Positions 17,580 to 25,961 of a stretch of DNA of 64,000 bases are shown here, piece by piece. The position numbers and the translations under genes were made by a program. Each line of letters begins with the position of its first letter. Position 1 is the first letter of the stretch. The DNA is taken from the IMG/VR virus record IMGVR_UViG_3300042361_000498; one strand, 5' to 3'. The notes beneath the pieces were generated by a model. That model did not search any database. It was not told where the DNA came from and was given only the letters and a program-made list of their open reading frames with translations. Origin of the DNA: a virus. Its lineage: Duplodnaviria > Caudoviricetes.

Positions 17580-18389
17580 ATGAAACAAATATTATTATTT
17601 TTTTTGTTATTACCAACATTATTGTTAGGGCAGATATCCTCTTGGAGAAGTGGTGCAACAACCGCACCACAACAAAGGAGTAGTGTAAATGTACCATCCA
17701 ATAGAGAATACTCACAACCAAATCGTAATGATAATGTGAGTAGATGGAGAAGTACACCACAATATAGGCAATATCCAAACACACCATATTTTCGTAATAG
17801 AGAAGTTTGGGTAGGTGGGATGTACCCTTGGTTTAATGGATTTGGATATTACAATATGTATCCATATTATTTCTATGATGATTTTGGATATAGACAAAGA
17901 GGTAGAGTTCGTATCTATAACGATGGTAAGAGGGATACTATAAGTGTTAAACCAATGCGTTGGGCATTTGGTTTACAAACATCAAAAGGTAATCAAATTG
18001 GTGGTTGGTTGGCAATAGGACATGTAAACTATGTCTTATTAGAATACCAGCAAACAAATCAAATACATTCAGCATCTTATTTCCCACTTGGACATTTAGG
18101 TATTGTTGATTTTCCATTAGTAGAAGATTGGATATCTAACAAAGTATTCTACGCAGGTATTGGTAAGAGGTATGGTAGAAACGGAATGCACATATCTTTG
18201 GGTTTGGGAAATGAAGAAGTAAGATTTCAGGGAAAAGATAAAATAGGATACATAACATTCCCAAAATATAATTCGGACTTTATGACAATGAAATTTGGTA
18301 TAATACACGACTTCAAATATGTTACTCTTAAATTAGATTATGACCCTATACGAAGAAATGGTATTGTTGGGGCTGGTATAAATCTGTAA
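17580..18389 (+). CDS. Exported protein: Arg/Tyr/Gly-rich disordered region plus small C-terminal beta-barrel
   Basis: Signal peptide MKQILLFFLLLPTLLLG; YYNMYPYYFYDDFGY region; amphipathic strands ending GIVGAGINL. Confidence 0.65.
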   Translation: MKQILLFFLLLPTLLLGQISSWRSGATTAPQQRSSVNVPSNREYSQPNRNDNVSRWRSTPQYRQYPNTPYFRNREVWVGGMYPWFNGFGYYNMYPYYFYDDFGYRQRGRVRIYNDGKRDTISVKPMRWAFGLQTSKGNQIGGWLAIGHVNYVLLEYQQTNQIHSASYFPLGHLGIVDFPLVEDWISNKVFYAGIGKRYGRNGMHISLGLGNEEVRFQGKDKIGYITFPKYNSDFMTMKFGIIHDFKYVTLKLDYDPIRRNGIVGAGINL

Positions 18390-18419
18390 GTTACACTTTT
18401 TAATCAAAACAGCATATGA

Positions 18420-20024
18420 TTGAAAAAGTTAAAAGTTTTATTAAGTGTATTATTCATATTCTGTCTAGCTTCCAAAGCTAACGGACAAACAACATTTACA
18501 CAAACATTTATAGATAAGTGTACTGGAGAAGTAAAACTCGCCACTACTACTTATGTCAACGGAAGAGCATTTGTATCTTTCTATGACCAAATGAGAGTAT
18601 TTACACCGGATGAAGTTACAAGTGGTGTAATGCAAATGTGGTTACAATCCGTATATGTTGCATATTCAACGCAAGGGTGTGCTACAAACCAGGTAGTACA
18701 ACAAACTATACAACAAACAGTAAACCAAGCAGTTCAGCAGGCAGCAGCTCAAGCGGCTCAACAAGCAGCTTCGGCAGCAGCAACACAGGCTGCATCTCAA
18801 GCAGCTTCGGCAGCAGCTTCGCAAGCAGCCTCATCAGCAGCAGCTTCAGCAGCACAATCAGCCGCAAGTTCAGCTGCATCATCTGCCGCTTCTTCTGCAG
18901 CAAGTTCAGCTGCAAGTTCAGCTGCATCATCTGCCGCTTCTTCTGCGGCTAGTGGAGCGGCTTCATCGGCAGCTGGTTCTGCCGTTAGTGGAGCAGCAGC
19001 TTCGGCAGCTGGTGCCGCAGTACCACCACCCCCACCAACCCCATCCGCACCTGCTCCTTCTGCTTCGGCTCCGTCTGGTGGAGGTTCAACCACACCGGCA
19101 TCAAATAGTTCTTCTGGTGGAGGAAGTGGCGGTAGTAGTTCATCACCAAAAGCAGAAGCAAAAGCAGAAGCTAAAGCTGAAGCAAAAGCAGAAGCTAAAT
19201 CCGAAAGTAAGAGTGAATCTAAATCAGAATCAAAATCCGAAAGTAAGAGTGAGGAAAAGAAAGAAGAAACTAAATCGGAATCTAAAAAAGAAGAGAAGAA
19301 AGAAGAATCTAAAAAGGAGGAAAAGAAAGAGGAGAAAAAAGAAGAAAAGAAAAAAGAAAAAATAGCACCAATAAATCCATTATTATTAGCATCGGATTTA
19401 AGTGTAGTAGAATCATCTCCATCTAAATTTGATGCTATCTTAACAACCGGTGTATCTCGTTCATCAATGGCTGGGGATGAAAGTTATTCAGCAACATCTA
19501 TGATATGGAGTAACTTAAAACAATTTGCAGTAAGTGGTGGTTATACTAAAATGAACTTTAAAGATGGCTCATTGAATTCTATGAACTCATACTCCGTAAC
19601 TGGAGCATATCTAAATAGAACCTATATGAGTTTGGTTGGATTGACCGTAATTATACCAAACCCAAATATTGGTGTATATGGATATAATGTTGGTTTAGTT
19701 AATTTATTCTCACCAAAAGCAGATGGTGGATATGGATATAGTGTAAGTAATTCTGGTGTTGTATTTTGGACTAAACCATATCAAACTACAAAAAAACTAA
19801 CTCTTTCACCACAAATATTTACAATGTTACCTGGTGGTAGTTGGGATACAACTAACGGAGAATTCACTTATAGTTCTGATGTTGGGTTTTTATTGGGTAC
19901 TTCAATTGATTACAAAATCAGTAAACGTTTTGGATTTAGTTTTAATTACAAAATCAATACGTCTACTGCTGCAGGGGCTCCGATATTAAGTAACTTTTTA
20001 ATTGGTTCTAGATTGATGCTTTAA
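18420..20024 (+). CDS. Outer-membrane protein with long low-complexity stalk and C-terminal beta-barrel (paralogue of 7334)
   Basis: TTG start, signal peptide; Q/A, (SAAS)n, poly-Pro, (AEAK)n, (SESK)n, (EEKK)n; barrel GTSIDYKISKRF...FLIGSRLML. Confidence 0.7.
   Translation: MKKLKVLLSVLFIFCLASKANGQTTFTQTFIDKCTGEVKLATTTYVNGRAFVSFYDQMRVFTPDEVTSGVMQMWLQSVYVAYSTQGCATNQVVQQTIQQTVNQAVQQAAAQAAQQAASAAATQAASQAASAAASQAASSAAASAAQSAASSAASSAASSAASSAASSAASSAASSAASGAASSAAGSAVSGAAASAAGAAVPPPPPTPSAPAPSASAPSGGGSTTPASNSSSGGGSGGSSSSPKAEAKAEAKAEAKAEAKSESKSESKSESKSESKSEEKKEETKSESKKEEKKEESKKEEKKEEKKEEKKKEKIAPINPLLLASDLSVVESSPSKFDAILTTGVSRSSMAGDESYSATSMIWSNLKQFAVSGGYTKMNFKDGSLNSMNSYSVTGAYLNRTYMSLVGLTVIIPNPNIGVYGYNVGLVNLFSPKADGGYGYSVSNSGVVFWTKPYQTTKKLTLSPQIFTMLPGGSWDTTNGEFTYSSDVGFLLGTSIDYKISKRFGFSFNYKINTSTAAGAPILSNFLIGSRLML
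18864..18946 (+). repeat. Coding tandem repeat within the Ser/Ala stalk
   Basis: 35-nt gcaagttcagctgcatcatctgccgcttcttctgc at 18864-18898 and 18912-18946, with a 12-nt partial copy between. Confidence 0.9.
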
Positions 20025-20161
20025 GAAATAACTTCTTTATCTATATGTAGAGGTTCAGTATGTTGTCTTTGTTTTCTAACACCATAATGAGTTGTTGTTT
20101 TAGCAATTGTAGCTCCTAAAGAACCACAAATTAGAATTATTGTAATTAATAAATTTATCAT
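20021..20161 (-). CDS. Small membrane protein (46 aa), not in ORF track
   Basis: MINLLITIILICGSLGATIAKTTTHYGVRKQRQHTEPLHIDKEVIS*; fills the gap, stop overlaps the 20024 stop, own ATACTTATA motif upstream. Confidence 0.6.
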   Translation of the reverse strand: MINLLITIILICGSLGATIAKTTTHYGVRKQRQHTEPLHIDKEVIS

Positions 20162-20199
20162 TTTTTTGTATTATTTGTATTGTTTTATCACTTTTCTAA

Positions 20200-20208
20200 T
20201 ATAAGTAT
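20200..20208 (-). promoter_or_regulatory. ATACTTATA putative late promoter on the minus strand
   Basis: tataagtat on +; same variant as 62932-62940; 38 nt before the ATG at 20161. Confidence 0.45.
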
Positions 20209-20343
20209 TGGAAAAATACTAAAAATATAATAAAAATAGGATTTTCCCAATAAGTTGAAAAAGGTTCTTTATATAATACAAAAATATTATAATTTTATTG
20301 ATTATTAAGTATTTAATATTTATTGGTGTAAAAAATATACATT

Positions 20344-20970
20344 ATGAACACGTTTCTTAAATTAGGTGTAATCGTTATAGCAATCGCAGTTGGGATATTT
20401 ATATTCCGTGAATGTTCTTCATCGGATACACCGGGTGAAACTGTGAATGTGGATGGTAAAAAATATGAGTTGATAAAACACAAAATTGATACTTTTGTTG
20501 TTGAGCATACTCAAATTAAATATAAAAGAGGACAGGATATCTACCACGAAACAATTGTGGAAAAAGAGAAAAGAGTAGAAGTACCAATTTATATTAAAGC
20601 TGATAGTGAAAGAATTGTCAGAGAGTATCATCAAAAAGTTTTGTATAAAGATAAGTTAGTATTAGATAATGATTTGGGAACAATTGAATTAACCGATACT
20701 ATATCTATGAATAAAATTATTGGTAGAAAGTGGAACGCTCAAATAAGGGAAAGAACCATAACTGATACCAAAATAGTAAAAGAGTTACCAAAGAATCAGA
20801 TTTACGTTGGAGCACAAACTATAATTGGAAATTCGAATGTATTGGTTGGTCCACAACTTACATTGAAAACTAAAAAAGATAATATGTATGGTGCCGGAAT
20901 GTTAATTGATGGTGATGGTAAAAAGTACTTAGGAGTTTCAGTTGGTTGGAAAATTAGACTTAAAAAATAA
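20344..20970 (+). CDS. N-terminally anchored protein with four C-terminal amphipathic beta-strands
   Basis: TM LGVIVIAIAVGIFIF; C-terminus QIYVGAQ...LVGPQLTL...MYGAGML...YLGVSVGWKI. Confidence 0.65.
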   Translation: MNTFLKLGVIVIAIAVGIFIFRECSSSDTPGETVNVDGKKYELIKHKIDTFVVEHTQIKYKRGQDIYHETIVEKEKRVEVPIYIKADSERIVREYHQKVLYKDKLVLDNDLGTIELTDTISMNKIIGRKWNAQIRERTITDTKIVKELPKNQIYVGAQTIIGNSNVLVGPQLTLKTKKDNMYGAGMLIDGDGKKYLGVSVGWKIRLKK

Positions 20971-20971
20971 A

Positions 20972-21778
20972 ATGCTCAACGAGTGTATCATTGTATCGAA
21001 AGAAGTTGGTGATAAGTTTATCTTAGCAAAGAATAGAGATAGAGCTTACAAACCAAAATTAGAAATTATCCACACTATCATAAATGGTGTGGAAGTTGCA
21101 TACATTCACGATATGATTACCGATTGGAGTGAAGGTATGAATGAGTTTGGAATTGGTATTGTGAATTCAGCTCTAATGGTGGGTCACGATGAGGCAGAAG
21201 CAAAGTTAGTAAAGAAGAGTGGTAAACCATCCAAAGATGGGAAAAAGATTAGAACTGCACTTTCACAAAAAACTTTAAGAGAAGCAATCAAAGCAGCAGT
21301 ATTAACCGATGGTGGTGTTAATGGACATACATTTGTTTCATCCCCAAGGTATATGGTTAGTATTGAGAAAACATCAAAACATAAACCTAATATTATTTTA
21401 CATAATATGGAAAATCCAGTTGTTCGTACAAATCACGGACATATGTTTACTAATGCTGGATACACACATGGAGAAAAATACTTATCATCTAAAATGAGAA
21501 AAATATCGGCTGAAAAATCAGTTGATAAAGTTGAAGATTGGAAAGAGATTGCAAATGCAATGAGAAAAGAATTCTTTCCAAAACAATCTCAACTTAATAT
21601 GGCAAGAAAAGCCAAAGAGATGTTCACATCATCTCAAACTGTACTTAACCTTACTGATAGAATATTACAAGTAGAATATTTTACTGATAACGTTGAGGAA
21701 TTTGTTGGTATAACTAATAAGTTACCAAAGGACTACAAAGCTAAAATTAGTATTGTGGTTAAACCAATTCAATCCTAA
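20972..21778 (+). CDS. N-terminal nucleophile (Ntn) cysteine hydrolase, C45/C69-like
   Basis: C-IIV...ILAKNRDR...WSEGMNEFGIGIVNS...VRTNH; ATG at 20972 preferred over 20942. Confidence 0.7.
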   Translation: MLNECIIVSKEVGDKFILAKNRDRAYKPKLEIIHTIINGVEVAYIHDMITDWSEGMNEFGIGIVNSALMVGHDEAEAKLVKKSGKPSKDGKKIRTALSQKTLREAIKAAVLTDGGVNGHTFVSSPRYMVSIEKTSKHKPNIILHNMENPVVRTNHGHMFTNAGYTHGEKYLSSKMRKISAEKSVDKVEDWKEIANAMRKEFFPKQSQLNMARKAKEMFTSSQTVLNLTDRILQVEYFTDNVEEFVGITNKLPKDYKAKISIVVKPIQS

Positions 21779-21793
21779 CTTTTTATAGTTTAG

Positions 21794-21802
21794 ATATTTA
21801 TA
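21794..21802 (+). promoter_or_regulatory. ATATTTATA putative late promoter
   Basis: 27 nt before the ATG at 21830, start of the baseplate module. Confidence 0.6.
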
Positions 21803-21829
21803 TACAAACAATATATAAATAGAATTACT

Positions 21830-22222
21830 ATGTCAACCGAATTCGAATTATTCAAAGGTAAAACATTAGGTTCACTTTTTGAGGATATCTATAATAACCA
21901 AACACAAAAGAAAGCCAAAATATCCGAACTAATCATTGAACTAAAAAAAATGGTTAGGCATGCTGGGGATATGGCTGTTATAGGTCCTTTAATTAGAGAC
22001 CTTATAGATACTTCCGTTAAGAATGATGACCAATTAGTTAAATTAGCAAACCTTGCTCAAAAACTAATAGCATCGGAAAAGAAATCGGAGGGTGATGATG
22101 GATTCCTTTCAGCATTTGAAAAAGAACAACTACTTAAAGATATTGAAGATACTCAATTGGAATTAGAAAGAGTTGATGAATTGGAAAACGAAATAGAAGA
22201 ACTTAAACTAAAAGTAAAATAA
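21830..22222 (+). CDS. Helical protein, possible gp16-like small terminase
   Basis: Two long amphipathic helices then an acidic coiled coil; similarity to gp16 is tentative. Confidence 0.3.
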   Translation: MSTEFELFKGKTLGSLFEDIYNNQTQKKAKISELIIELKKMVRHAGDMAVIGPLIRDLIDTSVKNDDQLVKLANLAQKLIASEKKSEGDDGFLSAFEKEQLLKDIEDTQLELERVDELENEIEELKLKVK

Positions 22223-22223
22223 A

Positions 22224-23462
22224 ATGACATTACAAAATTCAAGTGTTGTATCTACGCAAATAACACAAACAGGACCGATAACTACTAGCGTAAGTAAGGG
22301 AATGGGATTTGTATATAGTGTTATATTAGATGAAACACATCCTGCTATAAAAGATAGTAATGGTAATAGAAAAATATCATATATAGGAGCAATTGAATAT
22401 AGGTTTGCAAATAATGTAGCATCTGATGATGCAAATTTACCAATTGCATTTCCATTTGATAAAAATTTTAAAAATTTACCGGTTGTAAACGAAAGTGTTG
22501 AAATTTATCAAAATGGTAGTGTGTCTATGTATAGGCGTGTTGGACAAGATATAACACCAAATATAAATTCAGACCAAAAAGCTATAACAAAACATTATGG
22601 TGAAAAAACAAAATTAGATAATAAAGGTAATGATTATAATAAAGTACAAACCACTGGTATAGTTAAAACAAATGTAAACGAATCATTGCAATTAGATGGG
22701 TTTGGAAAATATTTTAAAACAGAAAGGGGAATACACAGATTAAAATTATACGAAGGTGATAGTTTGGTTGAAACACGGTTTGGACAATCTATAAGATTCT
22801 CTGGATACAATAATCCTAAAAATGTATTCTCACCAACTGTAATAATTAGAAATGGCGAAAGTCAGATAACAAGAAAAAAACCAATAACAGAATCTATATT
22901 AGAAGATATAAATAAAGATGGCAGTATCATTGCTATGACATCTGACCAATATGAGTTATCGTTTTTACCTGGTACTGTTAGTGAAACTGGTACAACTGAT
23001 TTTCAAACAGCTCCAACATCATTTCAACAATATCCATCTAAATTAATTGGTGACCAAATTCTAATCAATTCTGGAAGATTGATATTTTCTGCAAAAAGTG
23101 CGGAAATGATATTTTATTCTAAAAAGAATTATGGGTTTATATCAGATGGTGCCATGTCAATTGATAATGCATTGGGGATTGATGTTAGTGTGGGTGGTGA
23201 TATAAATGTATTAACTAACGATAGGAGTGTTCATTTATATACAGGAAATGGTTCTATTATATTGGGTAGTCAGGGATTAGAACCATTGGTAAAAGGACAA
23301 ACTTTAGTAGATATATTGGGTGAGTTAATAGATACAATTGTAGCACAACAATATCTAACTCCATCCGGCCCAACTAAAATAGGTCCTGAAAATGTACCAA
23401 AATTTGCATCTATAAAGTCAAAACTTAATTCAATGTTAAGTAAATTAAATCAAACTGCTTAA
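22224..23462 (+). CDS. Baseplate central spike/hub (gp5/VgrG-like, no lysozyme domain)
   Basis: N-terminal OB-like region (LPIAFP...LPVVNESV); EGDSLVETRFGQSIRFS; C-terminal beta-helix-like strands QILINSGRLIFSAK; position before wedge genes. Confidence 0.55.
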   Translation: MTLQNSSVVSTQITQTGPITTSVSKGMGFVYSVILDETHPAIKDSNGNRKISYIGAIEYRFANNVASDDANLPIAFPFDKNFKNLPVVNESVEIYQNGSVSMYRRVGQDITPNINSDQKAITKHYGEKTKLDNKGNDYNKVQTTGIVKTNVNESLQLDGFGKYFKTERGIHRLKLYEGDSLVETRFGQSIRFSGYNNPKNVFSPTVIIRNGESQITRKKPITESILEDINKDGSIIAMTSDQYELSFLPGTVSETGTTDFQTAPTSFQQYPSKLIGDQILINSGRLIFSAKSAEMIFYSKKNYGFISDGAMSIDNALGIDVSVGGDINVLTNDRSVHLYTGNGSIILGSQGLEPLVKGQTLVDILGELIDTIVAQQYLTPSGPTKIGPENVPKFASIKSKLNSMLSKLNQTA

Positions 23463-23466
23463 ATAT

Positions 23467-24042
23467 ATGGCAACGATAATTCAACCACCATTACCAAAAT
23501 TTGATACTACATCACTAAATGCGGATTTGGCTAATAAAATAAAAGCGCCTGAATTGCAAGAAATACCTGATGGTAGTGGTAATTTACGTTCTATGATAAA
23601 AGACCAATCTATGCAATTGGGTACTAATATAGAAGGTACTTTAGACCAATTTGGAGAAAACATAGAAGCCGAAGCAGAGAGAAAAGCTGCAGAATTAGAA
23701 GCTGCTGCAAAACAAATAGAAGCGGCAGCATTAGCAGCTGCTAAAATGATTGAAGAAGAATTAAAAAGAAAAAAAGAAGAAGCAAAGAAAGCAATTGAAG
23801 ATGCAAAAAAAGAAGCAAAGGAGGCATTTCAAAAAGCACTAACCGCAAAAGAACAGGCGGAAGATATGATAGCAAAATTACGTGGATTTAAAATACCCAG
23901 ATTAAAAAAATTAAAACCCATACCAACAAAAGATTTACCAGCACCTCCTCAATATGCTAAATATATGGATGCTGATGCAAAACGGGAATACGCCGAAAAT
24001 GCTAAAAGTTCGGCAACAAAAGGAGAACCACCAATAGTATAA
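23467..24042 (+). CDS. Coiled-coil hypothetical protein
   Basis: A/E/K-rich heptads EAEAERKAAELEAAAKQIE... Confidence 0.7.
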   Translation: MATIIQPPLPKFDTTSLNADLANKIKAPELQEIPDGSGNLRSMIKDQSMQLGTNIEGTLDQFGENIEAEAERKAAELEAAAKQIEAAALAAAKMIEEELKRKKEEAKKAIEDAKKEAKEAFQKALTAKEQAEDMIAKLRGFKIPRLKKLKPIPTKDLPAPPQYAKYMDADAKREYAENAKSSATKGEPPIV

Positions 24043-24045
24043 ATT

Positions 24046-25110
24046 ATGTCTTGGGAAATATTTAAACAAAATATTGTAAGAATTTCAAATAGACCAGGTA
24101 GTATACCTGATATAGATACTGTGGCTAGGGCTTATGCAGTTGAATACGATGCTGCAATTAAAAGAGGATTTGATACTTTAAATAATATAGCAATTCAGCA
24201 AGGTGATGTTGCAACAATGGAAAGATTGTTTAAAATTGCTTTACAAAAAGGATTATCATCAACAGGTCCATATGATTTAGTTGGTGAAATGGGAAAGGGT
24301 GTAATTGCGTATTGGAGTGCACCAGGTGGGCCTGCTAGTATAGCTGATAATGCGGATGGTATTGATGCGGTGGAGGCTGAAGCAATTCAAACCGATATTA
24401 ATAGAGAATACCCAAAAACTCAATTAGAGTATGAAAGACAGTTTCCATCAAAAGAAGCCGCAATGGCAAATAATAGTAATGTTTCACCAAAAGAAGCATT
24501 AGATTCTGTAAACGATTTTAATAATGAAAAATCCCAAAGTAATGCTGATACTAAATTAGTTGGAAGGGGTGATACTGCATTATTTAATAAATGTGGAAAT
24601 GGAATATGGCCTGCATTGGGAACTGCTCCAAATTTTGAAATAAGAAGTATAGAAAATGCTGACTCAGATTGTCCTAGAAAATGGTACAAAACAAATCAAG
24701 AATATCTAACAAAAAATTGTACTCAAATAATGTTTCCAACTGCCAAAGGTAGTTCTAAAATATTAGTTCATAAAAATTTGGCAGCAATTATAAAACCCGC
24801 ATTAGAAGAAATAAAAGCAAAAGGATTGCAAAGATATATTGAAAATTGCGGAGGTGGGTTGGCTATTAGAAATGTAACTTGTGGTACTAGATTATCAAAT
24901 CATAGTTGGGGAACTGCGATTGATATGAATACGGGAATATACCCATATGGTGTAAAATTTAAATCAGATGGAATTTATAGTGGTAAGAAAAAACTTAGAG
25001 AACTTAATGAATTTGATAAAGGATTCCAACAAGTAGCAGCAATATTTAAATCAAAAGGAATGACATGGTTAAGTAATAATGACCCAATGCACGTTTCTAT
25101 ATATGAATAA
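24046..25110 (+). CDS. Virion-associated M15-family (L-Ala-D-Glu/D,D-type) peptidase
   Basis: R...LSNHSWGTAIDMN and DPMHVS zinc-binding motifs; separate ~90-aa N-terminal domain. Confidence 0.85.
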   Translation: MSWEIFKQNIVRISNRPGSIPDIDTVARAYAVEYDAAIKRGFDTLNNIAIQQGDVATMERLFKIALQKGLSSTGPYDLVGEMGKGVIAYWSAPGGPASIADNADGIDAVEAEAIQTDINREYPKTQLEYERQFPSKEAAMANNSNVSPKEALDSVNDFNNEKSQSNADTKLVGRGDTALFNKCGNGIWPALGTAPNFEIRSIENADSDCPRKWYKTNQEYLTKNCTQIMFPTAKGSSKILVHKNLAAIIKPALEEIKAKGLQRYIENCGGGLAIRNVTCGTRLSNHSWGTAIDMNTGIYPYGVKFKSDGIYSGKKKLRELNEFDKGFQQVAAIFKSKGMTWLSNNDPMHVSIYE

Positions 25111-25120
25111 TTATTAAGAT

Positions 25121-25957
25121 ATGGGAGCTATAATGAGAAACTTTCCAATACCACTTATACCAGCACCAGGCTCAACTGCCAATGTTGCTGTAATAAATAA
25201 TGTGGTTTTAAGTCCGGGAGTTTGGGGACCACCACAACCATCGGTAGGAGCAAGACAGGGAGATACTTTATCCGAAGAGGAAAAAGCTGGTGCACAAGAA
25301 GATTTGGATGTTGCAAAAAAAGATTTGCAAGAATTTCAAAATGACCCAACACCCGAAGGACAGGCTAAAGCACAAACTGCAAGAGAACAAATAGCATATC
25401 AATCGGAAAGATTGGGAAGTGGTGAGAATGCATCTTCATCGGATGTATCAAATGAACCAAAGCAAGAGATTATAGCAGATTTGCCACCTGATATGGAAAT
25501 AGGATTAAAAATAGTTCAATATGCTTTAAGAGATTTAGGAGTAACTGAAAATCCACTACCACCGGGAAAACCTGAAAATTCCGGTCCAAGAGTTTTACAA
25601 ATGTTAAAAGGTGTTGGATTTAATACACCCGCATATTGGTGTGCTGCTGCGGTATCTGCTTGGTATAAGAGTGCTGGTGCAAAATCACCCAATAGTGCAT
25701 CATGTGATGTTTGGATGAGTTGGGCAAAACGAAATGGATTGTTTAGTAGCAAACCTGCAATTGGAGCAGCTATTTTATATGGTAGTTCGGCAGATGCACA
25801 TCACATAGGAATTGTTGAGGCAATAAGTGGGGATAGAGTAACTACAATAGAAGGTAATACTTCTGGTGGTGGTTTTAGTAGAAACGGAGTAGGTGTATTC
25901 CGTAAATCAGCAAGAATTGCAAAAGCAGTTGGATTTGTATTACCAATAAAAAAATAA
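25121..25957 (+). CDS. Virion-associated CHAP-domain amidase/peptidase
   Basis: YWCAAAVSAWY (Cys), HIGIVE (His), TIEGNT. Confidence 0.85.
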   Translation: MGAIMRNFPIPLIPAPGSTANVAVINNVVLSPGVWGPPQPSVGARQGDTLSEEEKAGAQEDLDVAKKDLQEFQNDPTPEGQAKAQTAREQIAYQSERLGSGENASSSDVSNEPKQEIIADLPPDMEIGLKIVQYALRDLGVTENPLPPGKPENSGPRVLQMLKGVGFNTPAYWCAAAVSAWYKSAGAKSPNSASCDVWMSWAKRNGLFSSKPAIGAAILYGSSADAHHIGIVEAISGDRVTTIEGNTSGGGFSRNGVGVFRKSARIAKAVGFVLPIKK

Positions 25958-25961
25958 TAAA

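Noticed and set aside
18416-18481. Out-of-frame ATG and 21-codon ORF overlapping the TTG start at 18420, possible frameshift control
   Set aside because: Would need a +1 shift with no convincing slippery site; a TTG start or a single-base assembly error explains it equally well
18638-19365. Alternative-frame and antisense ORFs 18638-18952, 18706-18930, 18797-19093, 18952-19365
   Set aside because: By-products of the low-complexity GCN/TCN/GAA repeat lacking stops; no start context
20241-20257. TTTCCCAATAA-TTG similarity between about 1519 and 20243
   Set aside because: Only two occurrences, and the second lacks a TAnnTTTG at the right spacing; could be chance in AT-rich DNA
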